From: a virus
Taxonomy: Duplodnaviria > Heunggongvirae > Uroviricota > Caudoviricetes > Crassvirales
Virus record (IMG/VR): IMGVR_UViG_3300012956_000013
DNA: 12,555 nucleotides
Reading direction: 5' to 3' (one strand)
Shown: piece after piece, positions 5,201 to 11,100 of the stretch
Position numbering within the stretch: the first letter of the stretch is position 1
Layout: the number at the start of each line of letters is the position of its first letter
Program-made: the position numbers and the translations under genes
The notes under the pieces: model-generated
The model's database searches: none
Told to the model about the DNA's origin: nothing
Seen by the model: the letters and a program-made list of their open reading frames with translations, nothing else

Positions 5201-8182
5201 AATGTCTAATAATTTGACCAATTGACCATCAAGAATTAACATTCGGTTTGATAGCTTATTAAAAATTTCATTTAATTTACCAATATATTTAGATTCAACC
5301 GTTTTATCTGATGTGATTAGGTCTCTAATTTCCGAAATAGCTTTAAACACACCTATATAAATATTAATATCACCAACCATTGCGTTAATTACATCAATAT
5401 CTTCTGACTTATTTACCTCAATTTCCTCACTTAATTTTTTAACTCTTGAAAATAAATCATTAACATATGAAATTACGTATCTTAAATCCTTACCTAAATG
5501 TAAATCAAATATAGCATCATCTATCTCAGAAAGAATAAGTCTATCATTTAATTTACCCTCCTTCAACATTTTGATAAACGTATTTCGTACACCTTTCAAC
5601 TTAATCTTAAGATTATCTCTTATCTCGCTACCGGATTTCTCCTGCTGAGAAATATAAGGTCTAAGAGAGGTCTTCTCTTCTTTTATCGGGTCTACATTTC
5701 CAGCTATTATTTTAGTTAAAACATCCTTTTTGTAAAGCCTACGAATAGGAATTGCTCTTAATTTATTAAATTCCTTTACATTATAATCTTTAGCCAGAAC
5801 ATCTCGATATTGAGATAATTGAATCTCCCACTGATTCTTTTTATAGTCTCTCTCTTCTGATTCATCTTGAACAGTCTTCCAGTCTAAAATACTTAATTTT
5901 CCAGAGGGTTCTATAGCAATAAAGTCAACAGTTCCAATTACACTCTTTTTAATATCTGTATTATCTGAGTATACAATTTGTTCTGATAAAAATCTTGTAC
6001 CAACAGGAAAAGTAGCAAACATTTGCCTCATATATACTTTTACTTGTCTTGCTAGTGCCTGTTCTATAGGAGTTGGATATAGTATATCAGTTAGAGGTCC
6101 TTCTGAATCTCTAAGCAAACCTGTTTCTCCGTCTACCATTGAATTAAATACGTCCTCAAACACAGAGTGTACATATTGACCATCCTTTGCTAATGAGTCA
6201 TAATACTTACGCTTTTCCGGGTCAGATGGTCTATTTCTGAATAGTTTTTCTTTATATTCATTACTTTTATCTGTAACCCTAGGACCTTCCCATAATTTTC
6301 CATCTTTATAGTACTTATTATCTATTTTGGTAAATCCTAAGCTAGCAGCTTTATCTTTAATAGATAGAAATGTAGTTTTTGTTGCAGAAAATTCTGCGTC
6401 TCTTTCATCTATACTCTTTGACGATTTAGAAAAGAATAAACCGTCAGATTCTGAATCATAATTAGTACTATCTAAATCAGAGAATACGCCAAATGCTTCG
6501 TTGTTTTCATTAAGTCTATCTAAAGCCTCCTTAAATGGATTTTTGTAATTAGTAAATGTCTTTCTTATCCAATCTTTTATTGCAGACCACCAAGTATTTA
6601 CTTTCTTTACTTTATCTAGAGATTCAATCTTATTTTCAGTATCAGATATTAAGTACTCTACAAGGAGCTTAGCAATAGCTTCCTTTTTAATTTTACTATA
6701 ATCTAATTTCCCGTCTTTTTGATAATTTGGGTCAGTTGCATATGAAGAGTTTACTAAATCTCTATATAGCTGATAATCAATTACTTCTTTCTCAAGTTTT
6801 CTGAAAAGGTTAGTATCTGCTTGCTCTATCAACTCCACAAGTATATGCATAGCTTCTTCTGGTAGAGTTACATCTTCCTTACCCTCCACAATTTGCATAA
6901 CACCGTTAATCATATCTACATATGCATCATCTTCGATTTCTTCACCATTATGAAAAAGTTTTTTAACTATTTCAATATTTGTAAATCCTATATTTTTTAG
7001 GAAATTCAATACTTTTTGCTTTGTTATTTCTCCAGCTTTTGTAGATTGTAGATTAGATACATCTTTGCTTTCAAAGATTCTAGGAAATGAACTACTAAAG
7101 TCACCAATCTGTACATAAATTGCACCTTCTGTTTCTCTAGTTCTAAGCCAAGTCCATCCATTCTTTTGAATCATTTCTTCCAAGATACGTTTCTTAGTAT
7201 AGTCCTTTTCCTTATCTGGAATATTTGTTCTGGATAACGAATTCCATACTGTAGCTTTAGGAATATAATACCAAGCTCGTTTCTTTCCACCAGCTCCGAA
7301 CTTTTGCACCTTCTTAGATATATATCCTGCATTTTGTAGTTTCTTGAAGATTACTTGTTGTTCAGGTGTAAGGTTATCCTTTGGAGCTTTGGAGAGATAG
7401 ATGTCTCCTTTCTTTTCAGAGTATTTTCCTTTATTAAATAAAGATTTAATATTACTATAAATCTTATTTTCTGGTTGAAAAATTGCGTAAGATATACTAC
7501 CTTTATCCTCTAATTTATTTTCATAATAGTAGCCATCTGCATTAAGTACCTTTTGTAAGGTTGTCTCACCTTTAAGTAGAGATATAGCATCTTCTCTTGT
7601 TATAATACCTGCATCATAGAATGAGATATAAAGATTTCTTCTTTCGTCTTCATTCTCAATCTGTTCGTTACTTTCGTTTCCAATATAATATAATTCCTCA
7701 TACTCCTCCTCTGATATATTCTGAAGACGACTTGATGATAGGTAATCTACTCCTTTTACTAAATTTTTAGCAAATAAGAATACAGGTAGTAATTTATATC
7801 CCTCTTCTTCTAAATCTCTTAGTGCATCTTCTTCACTTGTTCCAAAGTAATCAAGACCTCCGTCATACTTTCTTTCTATTGCTGCCTTCTTCGTTCCAAA
7901 GTGAAATCCTCCTACTACAGAATATTTCTCATCAAATTCATTAAAATCTATATCTGTACCATGCCACAAAAGAAGAGGTTCACCATCTTCTGTAGTTACT
8001 ACATTTGGTGACTTTTCAGTAGTCCAATCCCCTGACCTTGATATAAACGAAGGAGATAGCAGTTGCTCATATAACATGTCTGCCTCTTGGTCAGTATTTA
8101 CCTCTTTTCTTATATCATTCCAAGTCTTAGAAGTAACTTCTTTCCCAGTTCTTGGTGATTTTATTATTCTACATGATGCCAT
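2237..8182 (-). CDS. Giant virion cargo/ejection-type polyvalent protein (1981 aa): ART-like, EExxH peptidase-like, PD-(D/E)XK nuclease, helical and membrane-inserting C-terminal region
   Basis: 5.9-kb open frame. The start is moved from the track's TTG (8188) to the in-frame ATG at 8182, which overlaps the upstream TAA and has AAGGAG 7 nt upstream. Motifs: DGEPLLLWHGT/GFHFGT, LPEEAMH, GTVDF..LDWKT..QLSQY and WFGALTLFILAGLM-KG-DDDDD. Confidence 0.93.
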   Translation of the reverse strand: MASCRIIKSPRTGKEVTSKTWNDIRKEVNTDQEADMLYEQLLSPSFISRSGDWTTEKSPNVVTTEDGEPLLLWHGTDIDFNEFDEKYSVVGGFHFGTKKAAIERKYDGGLDYFGTSEEDALRDLEEEGYKLLPVFLFAKNLVKGVDYLSSSRLQNISEEEYEELYYIGNESNEQIENEDERRNLYISFYDAGIITREDAISLLKGETTLQKVLNADGYYYENKLEDKGSISYAIFQPENKIYSNIKSLFNKGKYSEKKGDIYLSKAPKDNLTPEQQVIFKKLQNAGYISKKVQKFGAGGKKRAWYYIPKATVWNSLSRTNIPDKEKDYTKKRILEEMIQKNGWTWLRTRETEGAIYVQIGDFSSSFPRIFESKDVSNLQSTKAGEITKQKVLNFLKNIGFTNIEIVKKLFHNGEEIEDDAYVDMINGVMQIVEGKEDVTLPEEAMHILVELIEQADTNLFRKLEKEVIDYQLYRDLVNSSYATDPNYQKDGKLDYSKIKKEAIAKLLVEYLISDTENKIESLDKVKKVNTWWSAIKDWIRKTFTNYKNPFKEALDRLNENNEAFGVFSDLDSTNYDSESDGLFFSKSSKSIDERDAEFSATKTTFLSIKDKAASLGFTKIDNKYYKDGKLWEGPRVTDKSNEYKEKLFRNRPSDPEKRKYYDSLAKDGQYVHSVFEDVFNSMVDGETGLLRDSEGPLTDILYPTPIEQALARQVKVYMRQMFATFPVGTRFLSEQIVYSDNTDIKKSVIGTVDFIAIEPSGKLSILDWKTVQDESEERDYKKNQWEIQLSQYRDVLAKDYNVKEFNKLRAIPIRRLYKKDVLTKIIAGNVDPIKEEKTSLRPYISQQEKSGSEIRDNLKIKLKGVRNTFIKMLKEGKLNDRLILSEIDDAIFDLHLGKDLRYVISYVNDLFSRVKKLSEEIEVNKSEDIDVINAMVGDINIYIGVFKAISEIRDLITSDKTVESKYIGKLNEIFNKLSNRMLILDGQLVKLLDISARNNGVYNLPSPEKVVRGLSVHLRAMGDHDIASIRLMYELVKNAYGKIDIETDNELKNLQSLKYKFESFAKEKGVSYQKAIDFLVNRETGKLHSKINKEFYEKRKEVQDSGDSKKILEFVKVNYDIDKWKEWYDKELKENVKVWDNSQVSDDAAENNRIKKLKRAKFEKEYNILKHPKTAFHPFNKYVWSRNLKEELWESEEFKTIKESPILTEIYNFFVKKNKELVDVGAIQEYQMYTFVPNVLKGASDIFSVKDTNTLNKVSNLALQTYRNWKRKISVNDYQLNFQGKIDPETGKKEEKRFIAYTDNVDELYHIRREVASEIVPNFNITPEDKKWELVKNFREESKEQDKLFAQKVISKRNMSFDIFTIYGLMSKEIAKEKYLQKTDDIFKGLRYFEKNVKKNYETDKYGNVKFLGDRPVESDVRGLNADLFDKYFRYHVLGESLQMDSDYTIKFSLKKAWNKLPINDKYKFEITDDDKGGISISKFALWLNNMNTLKTLGLNISSAMSNLFGSSFSADKLHSSKFSKEDLMTAWTKMTSVAFYQSDEMKKQAALVDYFLPLLNNRENFKSQQLSVGQASRILSQDWLMALQRKGDEVVQLNIFFAFIENTGIIDGNITNLRDLAKTEVIPEDYWQKSSEERKELDIKFDNRLKELKEKYAITKIAEFKKEKINGKEETIISLPGIERQSQQVINFRAQVQTISKDATGSADEFDIQTYRMQIMGRLAGTFKNWIPRMGDVRWAEMHYSQSHNSYVYGRFRMLYRGFTANTLSSMAKLVPIPFLTGKLLKNFGREDLIKRAIEVYQRKKEVAEKLGRKEEFLSENEFVEAFMIGYENSLEEVRWFGALTLFILAGLMKGDDDDDAEEKSAKALIRRQIDKMSDEIGFFFNPTSIVDIAKNPFPLMMYVNDFKNLTLNLGRETFGLGMEGLGFEERGEEIRERAKPMKYFFKILPVLKEIINYMPTFDSELGNDWGVKVTDKRGL
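2621..2662 (-). other. Hydrophobic, possibly membrane-inserting helix followed by a poly-Asp tract
   Basis: WFGALTLFILAGLM is followed by KGDDDDD. The uncharged core is only 14 aa, which is short for a full transmembrane span. Confidence 0.55.
5740..6330 (-). other. PD-(D/E)XK (RecB/lambda-exonuclease-like) nuclease domain
   Basis: The ordered motifs are GQYVHSVFE (H at 6169..6167), SEQIV, GTVDF (D at 5926..5924), LDWKT (5887..5873) and QLSQY. No Fe-S cysteines are present. Confidence 0.85.
6560..7030 (-). other. Zincin-like fold with EExxH in place of HExxH
   Basis: LPEEAMH (6865..6845), a distal KKEAIAKLL, and a trailing WWSAIKDWI helix parallel the LWQKFINAIFNLF helix that follows the intact zincin in the upstream protein. 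Confidence 0.6.
7450..8050 (-). other. ART-like domain 3 (ART-PolyVal type)
   Basis: Motifs in order: GDW, DGEPLLLWHGT..FNEF, GFHFGTKKAA, PVFL, and ADGYYYENKLEDKGSISYAIFQP. Confidence 0.8.
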
Positions 8183-11100
8183 TAGCAATCTCCTTTTTTA
8201 AATTGTAAATTATCTAATAATTTTTGACTGGATAACATACCATTGTTCTTTTCTGTCCAATTTTTAAACCCTTCTATATCTTGTTTACTACCTAATACGT
8301 GGATTTGTTCTGGTTCTTTTACTGCAATCCATTTTATTGCGGGAGTATTACTGATTGATTCTACACCTCTTTCTTTGGCACTTAATTGATTTATAATTAT
8401 TGAATCATTGTTAGCAAGATTATACTGTTTTAGATTACCATATTTACTATTCTCTAAACTATTACTTTCTATTGGATTATTACTATCAACTATAGCTGCA
8501 ATTTCATTTTTACTGTTCCCTCCTTCATCTAAATTGATACCAAATACAGTTTTATCTTTTGATGTTTTACTGAAATATATAGGTACTTCATAACCTAATT
8601 CTTTACTAAATCTCTTTTTAAATTTATCAAAAGTACTATCAGTTTGATGATAAACAATATCCTTTACTTTCGATTCATAATTATACTTACCACTTGAAGG
8701 ATTTTTAACAATACCTAAAGATACTCTTGCTATGTAATCTGTATAAGCATTTAACGCATCTTGTTTTTGTTCTAAAGGTGTTTGAATATTTTCATTAGGT
8801 ATAAATCTATTATAGTCCCAAATATCTTTGTATCTTGCAAAATCTAATTTAGCTTTAAAAACATCTTTCCAATTAGCAAGTTGAATTACAGTTCCTTCTT
8901 TAGATTTATAATTAAAGGGGTTATTTAGATTTTTATCAGAATAATTCTCATAACTAAAAAAATCTATAACTTTACCTTCTACACCAGTAACTATTTCTTC
9001 AGATTGATTATTACCTTCTTGTTTTTGGAGTCTGTATGTTCCTACAACATTCCCTTTTGAGTCTATGACATCATAAGAATTAATAATAATTTTACCGTTA
9101 AAATTATCTGCTTTATAATTTGATATAGAGTATCCTTCAGGAGTAATCAAATAACTGTCTGTTATGTATCCATCTCCATAAATATCTCTAACCTTAACAG
9201 CATTAGGGTAAGACTTTAAGAATTTTTCTTCTGTTTCTTTTCTACTAAAAGGGCTAACCCAATCTATATCGTGCAAAGGATTTTCATCAGGTCTTAATAT
9301 AACCCCTTGTTCTGATAATGCTGTACTTCCTGTAAGAATAAACCCTAGTTTAGAAAGCTTGTAAATGATACTTGCTCCAAATTTATCTTTTTTTAAAGCC
9401 TCTTCTATATTTACTTGTTGAGTAGGCTTACCAAAAGCTCCGGGTTTATATAAAGAAGCTGTGATTAATTTTTTATTTTGTTGTAAAACATTGTTACTAA
9501 TTATTCCAATGTTAGTGTTTATCGTATCTATAGGAACAGACATAAACAACTCAAGAAATTTATTAACGAGTTCTTTAATTTTGTCAATTAAAGATTGGTT
9601 ATAATTCCCTTTTATTTTATTCTGTAAATCTTGACTAACAAGTTCGCCAATTAATTTAAAATATTGAGACTTATCTAAATTTTTATATTTATCTGTTTTA
9701 CTAAGTTCTGTAATAATATCTGTTACTAAGGGATTATATTGCATCATATAAGCAATAAATTCTCCAGCTATAATCGGTAAATCTTTTTTATCTTTTATAT
9801 ATGCTATTTTAGATAATAAATCGGCAACCCCTATTTCATCTATTTCTAACTTATCTTTTATTTCATTAATATCTTTAACAGTTATTCCAAATTGATACAA
9901 ATAAGTTTCAAATATCTTAGAAGCGTCTTTTCCTGCTTTTTTTATTAATTCTGAGTTAATTTCAACAGGAGTATATTTTAAATTCTGAGATTGATTATAA
10001 TATTCAATTTCTTTACTTGTAACATCCTCATAACTTTTATTAAAAATTTTCTTAAAAACATTTGGGTTAGATGCTACTGCAAATTTATCCATCTCTTCCC
10101 CTTTAAAATTATAATTAAAAGAAGAAGTAGAGGCTGCATATCCGCTTCTTACCAGTTTATCCGCATAGTCTTTAGGAACAAAAGAAATAAAATCTAAACC
10201 ATTTTTCACAATATTAGGGATAGCTTCAGCAAGAAGTTCTTTACTTGAAGGAGAACTATTTATCCTTGTTATAAATGTTGCTGTATTAATATCATAATTT
10301 CCAAATATATAGGTGTCTTTATGCTTATATACCTGAAAAGTTTTTAAAAGAGATTCAAAAACATCATAAGAAATAGCTTTTCCTTCTCTTTTTCTATTTA
10401 TTAATGCTACATAATTATTATAAATAGTTCTTAGTTTCTCTTTTGTTATGTCTGGTTCTAATTCAAATATTGTAGAAGCAATTGTATTTTGCTTATTTTC
10501 AACCCCGGTAGCTTCGTAATAAACATTCTGTAATTCTTCACTACTTTCAAAAGCATTTTTAGCACCTTCAATAAACTCTTTATTGCTAAGTCTTTCTTGT
10601 AGTTCATCAAACTTTTTAACTTGTTCTTGTTGATTACCTTGAAGTACAGGATTAGTATTAGGTTTATTTAGTGATTGTTGAAATTGTTGGAAAGAGTTGT
10701 TTTCTTGAGATTTTTGAGATATAAAGTTTGCTAATCTAGTATTATCATTAATATTACTTACATTATAAAATTTAAAATTATTAATCTGTATTATACTATT
10801 TAATTTATCAAAAGTAGATATTTTATATGTTTCAGTTTTATATTTAGAGGTTTTATTAAATAAATTAAATATTGCATTTATAAATTTTTGCCATAAAGAT
10901 AAACTTGTTTCTTTTTCTTCTTCTATGCTTTCAAGTAACTGCTTAAATAAAGGATTTGAAAAAGCTTCTGATAAAAATTCATGTTCGTCTTTTAATCCAT
11001 ATATAGAATCTTTATTGTCTTTTTGATACTTTTTACCTGTTTTATTTTTTACTTCTTTTATCAACTCTTTTATCTCATTTTTAAATGAAATATCATAATT

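Larger units (their letters stand above)
8257..8770 (-). other. ART-like module 2 (probably degenerate)
   Basis: KQDALNAYTDY..ESKVKDIVYHQT..PIYFSK..DSIII..IKWIAVKEPEQIHVLGSKQDIEGFKNW. Trp (8331..8329) occupies the position of module 1's Glu. Confidence 0.75.

Noticed and set aside
5740-6330. Cas4 assignment for the nuclease
   Set aside because: No Fe-S cluster cysteines and no cas context.
8182-8202. Programmed -1 frameshift fusing the two giant ORFs at AAAAAAG
   Set aside because: A -1 shift would join them, but the A-AAA-AAG heptamer is out of phase with the upstream reading frame. An ATG with an SD-like motif explains the junction more simply.
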